64,000 nt of DNA from a virus (Duplodnaviria; Caudoviricetes), in the IMG/VR virus record IMGVR_UViG_3300029959_000011, positions 4,978 to 68,977 of that record; one strand, 5' to 3'. The notes beneath the pieces are model-generated. The model saw only the letters and a list, made by a program, of their open reading frames with translations. It was not told the DNA's origin and did not search any database. This document shows, one piece after another, positions 1 through 9,405 of this stretch (position 1 is its first letter; the number at the start of each line of letters is the position of its first letter). The translations under genes were made by a program, and so were the position numbers.

Positions 1-23
1 TGGACTATTCTTCATTACAGGCA

Positions 24-320
24 ATGACATTAAGACTGATAACCAAGTTTGGCGCAGATGCTACTTATAACGATGGCACTACAAGCACTACGGTTAAAAT
101 GTGTAAAGTGCCGGAGCGAGTATTAGAAGAAACGACTGAAAGTTATGGAGGCGAGGTAGTAGGTACATTACAGACAGTAGGTTATATTTATTCATCAGTA
201 GTAATTAAGCCGACTAATTTAATTACATTCGGCAGTAAAACTTATATGATAGAATCGGTTACAGACTATACGCCAGACGGAGCGAGCAACCTGATGTATC
301 ACGCAATCTTAAAAGCATAG
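24..320 (+). CDS. Putative head-closure / head-tail joining protein
   Basis: 98 aa, beta-rich, ends YMIESVTDYTPDG..LMYHAILKA; lies directly before terminator-like and tail tube genes. Confidence 0.55.
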   Translation: MTLRLITKFGADATYNDGTTSTTVKMCKVPERVLEETTESYGGEVVGTLQTVGYIYSSVVIKPTNLITFGSKTYMIESVTDYTPDGASNLMYHAILKA

Positions 321-327
321 AGGCAAT

Positions 328-789
328 ATGACACCGACAGCAGCGATAGCAGCAATGAAAGCGAAATTTAAAGCCGAATGGGTTACGGGCTTAGGTGCGT
401 TATTATGTGATATAGTATGGCCGAACGGATCATATACGACAACAGTATCTACGGTAATTACTGATGTTACAGGACAGTACGAGCCTGTGCAAGGCAGAGA
501 TTATGTGCAGTTTTCCGTAATATTTGATAATGCGGTAGAGCCGTCAATGGGTAGAGACGATATTACCGTAACACGCTATACGGGTGCAATGATAATTCAG
601 ACACGGGTATCGTTGAAAGATACTACACTCGGTATGGCTTATGCTGAAAAAATTAAGAGCATAATGAGTAAGAAAACATTTAATACAATAATAACTTATC
701 CTACACAAATGGATTTGATCGGCAGAGCAGGGAAAGACGACAGATACGAAATCAAGACTTCAACTGATTTTATGTTTGAAGAGGTATAA
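328..789 (+). CDS. Putative tail terminator / tail completion protein
   Basis: 153 aa, IVWPN and RYTGAMIIQ motifs, position before tail tube gene. Confidence 0.5.
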   Translation: MTPTAAIAAMKAKFKAEWVTGLGALLCDIVWPNGSYTTTVSTVITDVTGQYEPVQGRDYVQFSVIFDNAVEPSMGRDDITVTRYTGAMIIQTRVSLKDTTLGMAYAEKIKSIMSKKTFNTIITYPTQMDLIGRAGKDDRYEIKTSTDFMFEEV

Positions 790-809
790 AAATAAATTAG
801 GAGGTTAAT

Positions 810-2453
810 ATGGCAATATTGACTGATTCTTCGCAAACGCAATTTTACTTAGGTGAGGAAAGCACTTGGGGAACTATTGCGACAACAATGTACGCATTCG
901 ATATTACGGGCGAATCGCTATCCCATAATATACAGAATGTGACAAGTAAAACGATTACCGCTAATCCTGATGTGCAGGACTTGATTCAGACAGGTGCGGA
1001 AGCGAGCGGTGATTTCTCATTTGAAATGGCGTATGGTGCAGAGTTTGACATGGTATTAGAACATGCACTGAGAGGTTCGTTTTCTGGAAATGATCTGCTT
1101 GCCGGAACGGAATGGAAGCAATTATCATTAAGAAAAGTATTCACGAACGAGTATGGCAAATTCGTACTTGATTATCTTGGAGCGAGAATAAATACATTAA
1201 CATTAAATGCAAGTGTAGATAACGGAATAATCACATCAACAGCAAATATAATGGTAAAAAGCGAGACATTGCGTGATGATTATATGTTCTATAACGGCAC
1301 GACAGCACCGCAAACTTGGTATGGCAGGGATCAAGCATTATACCTTAGAACTGATACGGGTGCTATATATCAGTGGCTCAAAGATGTTGGCGGATGGGGA
1401 TCAACATTAACTCCTGATTTTGATGCGGCAGCTAAATGGTGGGCAGGAGCAGGCGCACCGACAATTCTTGACGAAACGCTTGATAATGCCGCTGCGGTAA
1501 GTGTAGGTGGTGGAACATCAACTAAATTCCCGATTACGGGTCATCCGTTTAGGGTAGGCGAAACAGTAACTATCGCAGGTTGCGTTCATGGAGGATATAA
1601 TGCAGATCATGTTATTACTGCGACAGACGCTAATAGCATTACGGCGGTTGTAGGATATGTAGGTGAGGTATTTACAGGCGCAGAAACCTGTAAAGCTAAG
1701 AAAGTTAATGATGACTGGTATATCAACTTAACAACGGGTGCGTTCTATAAATGTGAAACAGGTGCATGGTCAACAGTCAAATTCACAATTAAACCGACAA
1801 CATGTACTTGGTATGCAGGAATAATTGCTCCGACAACGGAAGGCGATATTGACGACTTGTATATTGATGTTGCTACTACGAGTGTATATCAGAAACTCGA
1901 TAATGGCACAACAGGTACTTGGACTAAGTTAATTGAGTTTGACAGAACGGCAGTTTCGGGATATTATCAAGGTCTTACTATTACCAGTGCTACTAACGGC
2001 AATAAGATGGCAATACCGCAATTAAGGAATGTGGTGGTATTAAATTCTGATGACAGTGCGCTCGCAAATGCACATTGCTTTAAAGATTTGACTATTACGA
2101 TAAACAACAATGCAAGAAACGAGAAAGGTATTTGTACTGATAATGCTACATGGCCTAACTTAGCGTCTATCGGTTCTGTTTACGGAGGTAGAGATATTTC
2201 TGTCAATATGACGATACTTTTAAGCGATATGGAGCTTTACAGAAAATATAAGAATGGTGCTGAAATCAGTCTTCAATTTGATATGACAGACGGCACGAAT
2301 AAATACACATTCTTCTTCCCGAAAGTAAAATTATCAGAAGGAACAACTCACGCAACAGGAGTAAATACTACGGTAGAACAGCCACTTAAAGCAGTTGCGT
2401 TGTACGACGATTCAACAGGATCATCCATAAAAATAACTAAAGGCACTGTATAA
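810..2453 (+). CDS. Major tail tube protein with a large internal insertion
   Basis: N-terminal EESTWGT..FDITGESL and C-terminal DLTITINNN..YTFFFPKVKL are tube-like; the central ~220 aa hold Trp-containing repeats; RBS AGGAGG. Confidence 0.75.
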   Translation: MAILTDSSQTQFYLGEESTWGTIATTMYAFDITGESLSHNIQNVTSKTITANPDVQDLIQTGAEASGDFSFEMAYGAEFDMVLEHALRGSFSGNDLLAGTEWKQLSLRKVFTNEYGKFVLDYLGARINTLTLNASVDNGIITSTANIMVKSETLRDDYMFYNGTTAPQTWYGRDQALYLRTDTGAIYQWLKDVGGWGSTLTPDFDAAAKWWAGAGAPTILDETLDNAAAVSVGGGTSTKFPITGHPFRVGETVTIAGCVHGGYNADHVITATDANSITAVVGYVGEVFTGAETCKAKKVNDDWYINLTTGAFYKCETGAWSTVKFTIKPTTCTWYAGIIAPTTEGDIDDLYIDVATTSVYQKLDNGTTGTWTKLIEFDRTAVSGYYQGLTITSATNGNKMAIPQLRNVVVLNSDDSALANAHCFKDLTITINNNARNEKGICTDNATWPNLASIGSVYGGRDISVNMTILLSDMELYRKYKNGAEISLQFDMTDGTNKYTFFFPKVKLSEGTTHATGVNTTVEQPLKAVALYDDSTGSSIKITKGTV

Positions 2454-2473
2454 AAACCCGAAGGAGGTAAATT

Positions 2474-3868
2474 ATGGCAGTATTCAATCAAAGAAAAATG
2501 AAACACGCGCTTGATCCGATGTGGAATGACATCGAAACAGCATTCGCGTCGTATTCCGCAGCGATAGCAGATAACTCAATTACGAATGCCAAATTAGCGA
2601 CGGACGCTAAAGTAGGAAGCCTTGCAGCATTGACAACTACTGAAAAGGCAAGTGCTATTGGCGCAATCAATGAGCTTGATGCAGGAAAGTATGAGAAACC
2701 TGGAACAGGGATTCCATCAAGCGATATGGCAACAGCGGTACAGACAAGTCTCGGAAAAGCTGATACGGCATTACAGTCAATTACAAGCGGAAGTATTACG
2801 AATGATATGCACGCTACTGATGTTAAGATTGGAAGTCTTGCGGCATTGACAACCACTGAGAAAGGAAGCGTTCAGGGTGCTATCAATGAGCTTGTAACAG
2901 CTAAATATGTTAAACCTGCTGGCGGTATTCCGTCTACAGACATGACTGCGGCTGTACAGACGAGTTTAGGATTGGCAAATACCGCAATGCAGAACTTAGT
3001 TGGCGTAGCAGGAACTCCCGTGAATGCGGTAGCCGCTCAGGGTACTTTAACTATTTCGGGTGTTGCACTTGACGGTGAAACTATTACTGTAAGATCAGAT
3101 GTATATGAGTTTGCGGCTGATACGGCTCTTAGTGTTGCTCCTGGAAATATAGCGATTGATCTTAACTCGGTAACTACAAAATCACAAGGCACTTTAACAA
3201 TAGACACGCAGATAACTTCCGGCAATACAATGACAATCGGTGTTGGCGCAGGTTCAAAAGTATATACATTTGTTCCGAATGGTACTGCAAATGCGGATGG
3301 TGAGGTATCAGTAGGTACAGACCTTGCTACTTGTCAAGCAGCTCTTGTTGCCGCTGTAAACGGTTCTGACGGACATAATACGGCTCATACTCAAGTAACA
3401 ATAGGAAACTTTGCTCTTGATGCGGCAGTAATTACAGCTTTAATCGGTGGAACGGCAGGCGACTTGATTGCTACTACTGAAACATTTACCGCAGGAACGA
3501 ATATTTTTGACGCTGTAACTCTTGGAACAACTACCGCTGGTGTAGATTGTACTCCTGCAAATGCGGAAATAAGAATAGCCGCAACAGCAGGCGGAACAGG
3601 ATATACTTGGGCAGGCGGAGCTGGAACAACCGTAGTAGTAACAGCATCAACTAAAGGCTCAAATGGTAACTTAATTGCACTCGCAACTACTATGTCAAAT
3701 GCTGTATGGGATGCCGCATTCTTAGGAACTACTACGCTTGGTGTTGACGGTACAGTAGGAAATCAGTGGGATTCTAAAGTGGATGCAAGCTATTGGTATG
3801 TTTGTATAGCGGCTAACACGATTGCAGACACTAATTGGAGACGAGTATCGTTAGGTACTGTTTACTAA
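2474..3868 (+). CDS. Ala/Gly/Thr-rich virion fibre or decoration protein
   Basis: 72-aa tandem duplication (LTTTEK..GAINEL..KP..GIP), C-terminal YWYVCIAANT..WRRV motif typical of fibre ends. Confidence 0.5.
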   Translation: MAVFNQRKMKHALDPMWNDIETAFASYSAAIADNSITNAKLATDAKVGSLAALTTTEKASAIGAINELDAGKYEKPGTGIPSSDMATAVQTSLGKADTALQSITSGSITNDMHATDVKIGSLAALTTTEKGSVQGAINELVTAKYVKPAGGIPSTDMTAAVQTSLGLANTAMQNLVGVAGTPVNAVAAQGTLTISGVALDGETITVRSDVYEFAADTALSVAPGNIAIDLNSVTTKSQGTLTIDTQITSGNTMTIGVGAGSKVYTFVPNGTANADGEVSVGTDLATCQAALVAAVNGSDGHNTAHTQVTIGNFALDAAVITALIGGTAGDLIATTETFTAGTNIFDAVTLGTTTAGVDCTPANAEIRIAATAGGTGYTWAGGAGTTVVVTASTKGSNGNLIALATTMSNAVWDAAFLGTTTLGVDGTVGNQWDSKVDASYWYVCIAANTIADTNWRRVSLGTVY

Positions 3869-3893
3869 TAATAAAACTTAAAAGGACTGAAAA

Positions 3894-4292
3894 ATGAATT
3901 TGTCGAAAAGGTTTGGTAGTAATACGAATAAAGAAACTAACGGGATTAAGCTGAAATTAGATTCTAAATCGAGTATTACTATCAAGAGGGCAGGCGGAAG
4001 CAATAAGGAATATATGATTGCGATGGCTAAATATGCTAAAGAGAATAAGCGTGAAACAGATGATGTGGAATGGATGCTTGGCGAAGGCAGGATCGGACTA
4101 AGCAGATTATTCGCAGACCATATTGTAGTTGCGTGGGATAATATTCTTGTAGGTAATGACGAGCTGTTACCGCCTTTCACACCTGATACATGCTTCAAAG
4201 TATTCTGCGACTATCCTGATTTCTTCTATTTTATACAGGATGAAGCGAGTAAGATAGCAAATTATCAAGATGAGACAGACGCAAAAAACTAA
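3894..4292 (+). CDS. Tail assembly chaperone (gpG-like)
   Basis: ITIKRAGGSNKEY and VVAWDNI motifs; ends in slippery heptamer. Confidence 0.7.
   Translation: MNLSKRFGSNTNKETNGIKLKLDSKSSITIKRAGGSNKEYMIAMAKYAKENKRETDDVEWMLGEGRIGLSRLFADHIVVAWDNILVGNDELLPPFTPDTCFKVFCDYPDFFYFIQDEASKIANYQDETDAKN
4283..4289 (+). other. -1 programmed ribosomal frameshift site A AAA AAC
   Basis: GCA AAA AAC TAA; the -1 frame (AAA CTA ACT GAA GTC GTA CTA TGG GAG ATG) is open into the 4313 ORF. Confidence 0.7.
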
Positions 4293-4654
4293 CTGAAGTC
4301 GTACTATGGGAGATGCGGCATGGTGAAGCGTATAAAAGACATAAACCTACGATTGAGTATCAGAAGAGTATCGGAATCAAGATTGCTGGTGTGCCGAAGG
4401 AATGGACTGACCCTCCGGTTCTCCCATCATACCTGCAATGGGTTCAAAACGCATTCAATGAGCTGTCAACTCAGCGACAGATAGGCATGGGTGTTGGCGC
4501 AATTCCTGTATTAGATATATTGGAATATGCCAAAATGTATTTAAGATTAAATGACTTTGACACAGAATATTTTAAATGGCTAATTCAGCAGGCAGATTCT
4601 GTTTATTTAGCGGAAATAGCGGCAAGAAGTGAAGCGAAAGAAAAAGGAAAATAA
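4286..4654 (+). CDS. Tail assembly chaperone frameshift extension (gpGT-like)
   Basis: AFNELSTQRQIGMGVGAIPVLDILEYA motif typical of the second chaperone ORF; in the -1 frame of the upstream gene. Confidence 0.65.
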   Translation, partial: KLTEVVLWEMRHGEAYKRHKPTIEYQKSIGIKIAGVPKEWTDPPVLPSYLQWVQNAFNELSTQRQIGMGVGAIPVLDILEYAKMYLRLNDFDTEYFKWLIQQADSVYLAEIAARSEAKEKGK

Positions 4655-5214
4655 TGGCAGGTCAGACCTACACGAGTTTTGAGCAATGGGCGAGGAAGAT
4701 GAATCGAATAGGTGATGCAATACCTAAAGCCTGTACTCATTGGACACAGAAAACAGCAATAGCGGTAGGTTGGACATTGATAGATAACACACCGGAAGAT
4801 AAAGGCTATGCGGAAGGAAATTGGATTCCGAGCATAGATGCTCCGGTATTGAATCCTGTGGGTATGAAAGCTGGGGACACTTGGCATCAAGACCCCAGTT
4901 ATTACCCAAATCCGCAGGCAGGAATAACACAGTCGAGGGAAGCACTAAAAAGGATAGTAGGTAAATTCAATGCAACAATAAATAACAGTATATATATATG
5001 TAATAATGTAGGTTATATTATTATGCTGAATAACGGGTGGTCGAAACAAGCACCTCGTTTTTTTGTAGAGAAATCATTAAGGAATCCGATATTAAAGGGC
5101 ATGACGAAAAAGGCGATAATGGCAGAAATATCAAAAGAGATGCTTGGTTTATTAGGCAGTCAGAATGTAGCGATAGAAGGTCGTCAGGCAAGTGATTTCA
5201 ATGTAGCGTATTAA
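4654..5214 (+). CDS. HK97 gp10-like neck/tail completion protein
   Basis: TPEDKGYAEGNW, IYICNNVGYIIMLNNGWSKQAP..FVEKS motifs. Confidence 0.55.
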   Translation: MAGQTYTSFEQWARKMNRIGDAIPKACTHWTQKTAIAVGWTLIDNTPEDKGYAEGNWIPSIDAPVLNPVGMKAGDTWHQDPSYYPNPQAGITQSREALKRIVGKFNATINNSIYICNNVGYIIMLNNGWSKQAPRFFVEKSLRNPILKGMTKKAIMAEISKEMLGLLGSQNVAIEGRQASDFNVAY

Positions 5215-5226
5215 GCGGAGGCGAGT

Positions 5227-8200
5227 ATGTCAACAGAAACTAATCATATAATAAATATAATCAGTACGCAAGGTGCGCAGAAAGCTCAATCCGACATGAA
5301 AGCAATAGGAGCATCTGCAATTAGTACCGATGCGCATATAAAAAGATTACAAGCAACACTTAAAACACCATTAGATGTTAGGACTTTTTCAGATAATCCG
5401 TTAAGACAAACAATATTTAAACAAACTACAAAAGATATAATTCAGACAAATTTAATTGACCCATTTAAACAAATGATGCCAAAAGTGAGATCAGCACAGC
5501 AGGATATGTATCAGGCTCTATTCAGCCCATTAACGGCTGGGAATGGCAGTGGCATTAGCAGTGTAGGAATACAAAATATAATTGACAGCAGGATAATATC
5601 ACCATATAAAAAAAGCATAGGTATAGCCCGAAATGCACAGCAGGATATGTATCAGGCTCTATTCAGCCCATTAACGGCTCGTCAGGGTATTGGAATTAGT
5701 AGCATGGGCATACAGACCGCTATTGAAGCGAATATAACAAAGACCATGAAACGAATGTCATCCGATATGCGTAAATCAACTCAGTTAATGTATAATGATT
5801 TATTTAATGCAGTGCCTAAAGGAGCGGATAAGACAAGTCAGGCAATTCATGGAATATCACAATCCGCCAAATCCACAAACGCATCAGTAGAGATATTAAG
5901 GGCTACATTGCGTAATCTTGCTGTTGGAGCGATAGTATTCCAAATGACCGATTGGATAGATACGATGACACGAATAACGAATAAGGTAAAATTAGTTACA
6001 GACAGTCAGGAAAGTTTCAATTCGGTAATGCGTGATGTACAGAAAGTAGCTTATGATACAAGGTCGGACTTGGAAGGTACAGCTACATTATATCAAAGAC
6101 TTGCATTAGCGGCAGAGAAATTAGGCTTGAATCAGAGTAATTTAAGTCAAGTAACGAAAACGGTGAATCAAACATTACAAATATCAGGTGCAACGGCTAT
6201 GGAAGCACGAGCAAGTATGATACAGTTAAGTCAGGGTATTGCAAGTGGTCAACTTAGAGGCGAGGAGTTTAGAAGTGTAACTGAAACAAACATCCGATTA
6301 ACTAAATTATTGAAAGACGCTATTACGGGCGGAGATTTAGGTAAGTTAAGAACTATGGCATTTGCAGGTGAATTGACAAGTGAGAAAGTAATACAGGCAA
6401 TCTTACAGAATGCGTTGACGGTACAAGACGAATATAGTAAAATGAATCAGACAATCGGTCAGTCAATGATTAAGTTTAAAAATGGTGTAATAAACGCATT
6501 TGGCAGTATGAATGAATTTTTCAATATAACGAAAAAATTAGCTACTATACTTGAGTTTTTAGCGGATCATATCGGGTTGGTAGTGACAGGGTTAGTTTTA
6601 ATGAGTTCGGCGAGTATTCTTACAGGTATAGCAGCACTAACAAGTAAGATGTATATATTTAATGTAATGGCAAAGTCAACCCAAATAACAGGTATTAAAG
6701 ATATAATAATATTTCTTGCTGGCCCGAAAATGGCAATAGCTATTGCCAATATAAAACTATTTACATTAGCGATGTTGACAAATCCTGTTTTTGTTACAGG
6801 CGCAGCCATTGCCGCAAGTATAGGATTAGTTGTAATGGCATTAAACGCATTAAATAAAGAAAATTTAGCATACTTAGCATTGCCGACGGATAAGTTAAAC
6901 AAGTCGGGTCAAGCAACGCAAGAAATACAAAAACTAAAAGAGCAATTAGATTCAATAAGAGCAAGGAGTTTATTCACAGCTCAATATGCAGACGAGATAA
7001 TTAAACTACAAGATAAAATAAGAGCATTACAAAAAGTAGCTGATACTGGCATTGACTTAGACGGATTATTAGGATTATCTTCTTATCAGATATTACAAAA
7101 CCAGAGTGCTTGGGCAAATATGACGCAATCTTGGAAAGATAATTATAAGCAATTTTTAGATGACATAAAATTATTTGGTAATGCTGAAGCTAAAAATATA
7201 AATCTATTTAATCCGAATTTCGTATTTCAGACAGGAATGAATTTTGATAAAAGCGGTAAAGTTCAAATTGACGCACAAAGTCAGATAAGAAAAATAACAG
7301 AAGATTTTTATTCTAATCCTACAAATGTAATGGCAGGTACAGGTGTAGTTTTAAACACAAAAGGCTTGCAGGAGATGATGGATGTAATAGATAAACTATC
7401 TAATAATTCAATGCCTGACTTATATGACGCTCAAGGTAACTTGACATTTTCAGGAATGGAATGGTTTGCTATGAATACAAAGAATTTTGAGATACTGAGT
7501 GACTTTAAAGGCAGAATAACTGATATAGCAAATATTGACCCAAGAATAAGCAAGATGATGGATAAGTGGAATAGCGATTGGAAACAATGGCAACAAACAG
7601 GTAAATACTCAACAGAACAGTTATTAGATATGGCTAATATATTTGCATTCTTGAATCAGCAGTTATTTGAAACGGGTAAGGCATTAGATTATACGGATTT
7701 AAAATTTAGAGATTTAACTAAAGGCATATCAAAGATAGCATATCCTGAAGATTATATTATGCGTGAAGCAGTGTATGTTAAAACTCCTAATCTTGATACT
7801 TCATTTTTAGACGAATTGAAAGGCGGAGTAATTTTAGCATTTAAAGATATAGGGGATTCTTATTCGGATATGGTAGATGACTTACAAGGCTATACAGTAA
7901 ATCTATTTGAAACATTCGGTGATACTATTGCGGATAATCTTGTAGCTTCAATTACAGATGGAAAAGATACTTGGAAGGAATTTGCGCATCAGATGTCAAT
8001 GGATTTATTAAAGCTAATGACTAAGATGATTATGTTCAGATCATTGAGTTTTATGCTTGGATTAGGAGCTACTCAAACAGCATGGTCTGGCGAACAGGGC
8101 TTTGGCGGATTTATGAGTTTCAATCCATTTAGAGCAGGCGGAGGCGATGTCAAGTCGAATAATCCGTATATCGTAGGCGAAAAAGGCGCAGAGCTATTTA

Positions 8201-8394
8201 TACCAAACACATCAGGCACGATAGTAAGTAATGATAAATTAGGCGGAATGGCAAGTAGTCCGATAATAAATAATTATATAGTACTAGATAGCGAGTTGCC
8301 GTCAATAATGGCTAACAGCAATGCAAATAAGAAAGCTATCGGCAACTACATAGCTACTAATTCAAAACAAGTTAAACAATCGTTGGGAATGTAA
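5227..8394 (+). CDS. Tape measure protein
   Basis: 1055 aa, helical; LQISGATAMEARASMIQLSQGIASGQLRGEEFRSV motif, hydrophobic mid-segment, C-terminal RAGGG..PYIVGEKGAELF. Confidence 0.9.
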   Translation: MSTETNHIINIISTQGAQKAQSDMKAIGASAISTDAHIKRLQATLKTPLDVRTFSDNPLRQTIFKQTTKDIIQTNLIDPFKQMMPKVRSAQQDMYQALFSPLTAGNGSGISSVGIQNIIDSRIISPYKKSIGIARNAQQDMYQALFSPLTARQGIGISSMGIQTAIEANITKTMKRMSSDMRKSTQLMYNDLFNAVPKGADKTSQAIHGISQSAKSTNASVEILRATLRNLAVGAIVFQMTDWIDTMTRITNKVKLVTDSQESFNSVMRDVQKVAYDTRSDLEGTATLYQRLALAAEKLGLNQSNLSQVTKTVNQTLQISGATAMEARASMIQLSQGIASGQLRGEEFRSVTETNIRLTKLLKDAITGGDLGKLRTMAFAGELTSEKVIQAILQNALTVQDEYSKMNQTIGQSMIKFKNGVINAFGSMNEFFNITKKLATILEFLADHIGLVVTGLVLMSSASILTGIAALTSKMYIFNVMAKSTQITGIKDIIIFLAGPKMAIAIANIKLFTLAMLTNPVFVTGAAIAASIGLVVMALNALNKENLAYLALPTDKLNKSGQATQEIQKLKEQLDSIRARSLFTAQYADEIIKLQDKIRALQKVADTGIDLDGLLGLSSYQILQNQSAWANMTQSWKDNYKQFLDDIKLFGNAEAKNINLFNPNFVFQTGMNFDKSGKVQIDAQSQIRKITEDFYSNPTNVMAGTGVVLNTKGLQEMMDVIDKLSNNSMPDLYDAQGNLTFSGMEWFAMNTKNFEILSDFKGRITDIANIDPRISKMMDKWNSDWKQWQQTGKYSTEQLLDMANIFAFLNQQLFETGKALDYTDLKFRDLTKGISKIAYPEDYIMREAVYVKTPNLDTSFLDELKGGVILAFKDIGDSYSDMVDDLQGYTVNLFETFGDTIADNLVASITDGKDTWKEFAHQMSMDLLKLMTKMIMFRSLSFMLGLGATQTAWSGEQGFGGFMSFNPFRAGGGDVKSNNPYIVGEKGAELFIPNTSGTIVSNDKLGGMASSPIINNYIVLDSELPSIMANSNANKKAIGNYIATNSKQVKQSLGM
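5494..5679 (+). repeat. Perfect 45-bp direct repeat inside the tape measure gene
   Basis: GCACAGCAGGATATGTATCAGGCTCTATTCAGCCCATTAACGGCT at 5494-5538 and 5635-5679. Confidence 0.9.
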
Positions 8395-9396
8395 ATGGCA
8401 GACGCTTATGAAACAGATACCGTAGCAGGCGTGAGTGCATTATTAGCAAAGCTAAACACTTTCCTATTAGCTAATAATTGGGAAGTATTGCGTAATGATA
8501 TTTATGCTACGGGTACAGCCGCTTTTACTAATTACGGACTTATATTCAGGTCAAAAGGCTTTCTTGGCACTGATTACAGATATTACGGTATTGAACTTGA
8601 AACCGATGATGCTATATCAGCTCCGAGTTATGCTAATTTGAAATTACAGCATTTTACAAGTTATGACGGCACTTTAACAAACGATAATCAGGATGGCGCA
8701 ATACCTAATCCGCCAAAGATACTTTCCGAAATTAGCGATGATTTCGATTATCATTTTGTAATCAATGACAATAGGCTAATTATAGTTACGACACATACGA
8801 TTGTGGCAGCGGTAGTACACGAAATAGCATATCTGGGTGGAATAAAAGCGTATGGCACAATAGATGAATATCAGAACATGGTACTTGTAGGCGGATCAGC
8901 ACACTACGATACCGCAGACGGCATGAATGCAATAGCCGATGTAAATAGAAGCCACTCTGCTTTCTTTAATCCGTATTCGAGCAGTACAAGCCCGTATTCT
9001 ACGCCATTCTATTACGATACGAGAACAAGCTGTATGCTTAGGTATAATGGTTTATGGAAAGGATTTATTAACGGGTCGTATTTAAGCGCAAGTTATACTT
9101 ATTTAACGGAACGAGGCGTATTCCCTTATGCAAGCAATAAATCAGCTACGAGGTATTGGCTTACAATAGCGAAAACTGAGGATGACGATATTCCGATGTT
9201 CCCGATAATATTGATGGATAGGAAAGACGGAGCTGACATAATTTACGGTGAGCTTGACGGAGTATTTGCGGTAACAGGCGGACTTGCGACAACGGACACT
9301 TTAACTCAAGGCGGATATAATTATCTAATAGTACAAAACGCATGGCGATCAGGATTAGATTACGAATTATGCGCAGTAAAAATAGATGCTGTATAA
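8395..9396 (+). CDS. Virion structural protein (post-tape-measure)
   Basis: MADAYETDTV..LLAKLNTFL..NNW start and GELDGVFAV..YLIVQNAWR end resemble YuA-like tail module proteins. Confidence 0.55.
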   Translation: MADAYETDTVAGVSALLAKLNTFLLANNWEVLRNDIYATGTAAFTNYGLIFRSKGFLGTDYRYYGIELETDDAISAPSYANLKLQHFTSYDGTLTNDNQDGAIPNPPKILSEISDDFDYHFVINDNRLIIVTTHTIVAAVVHEIAYLGGIKAYGTIDEYQNMVLVGGSAHYDTADGMNAIADVNRSHSAFFNPYSSSTSPYSTPFYYDTRTSCMLRYNGLWKGFINGSYLSASYTYLTERGVFPYASNKSATRYWLTIAKTEDDDIPMFPIILMDRKDGADIIYGELDGVFAVTGGLATTDTLTQGGYNYLIVQNAWRSGLDYELCAVKIDAV

Positions 9397-9405
9397 GGAA
9401 AAAGA

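Noticed and set aside
5494-5679. Diversity-generating retroelement template/variable repeat pair
   Set aside because: Copies are identical with no adenine-specific changes, and no reverse transcriptase is visible.
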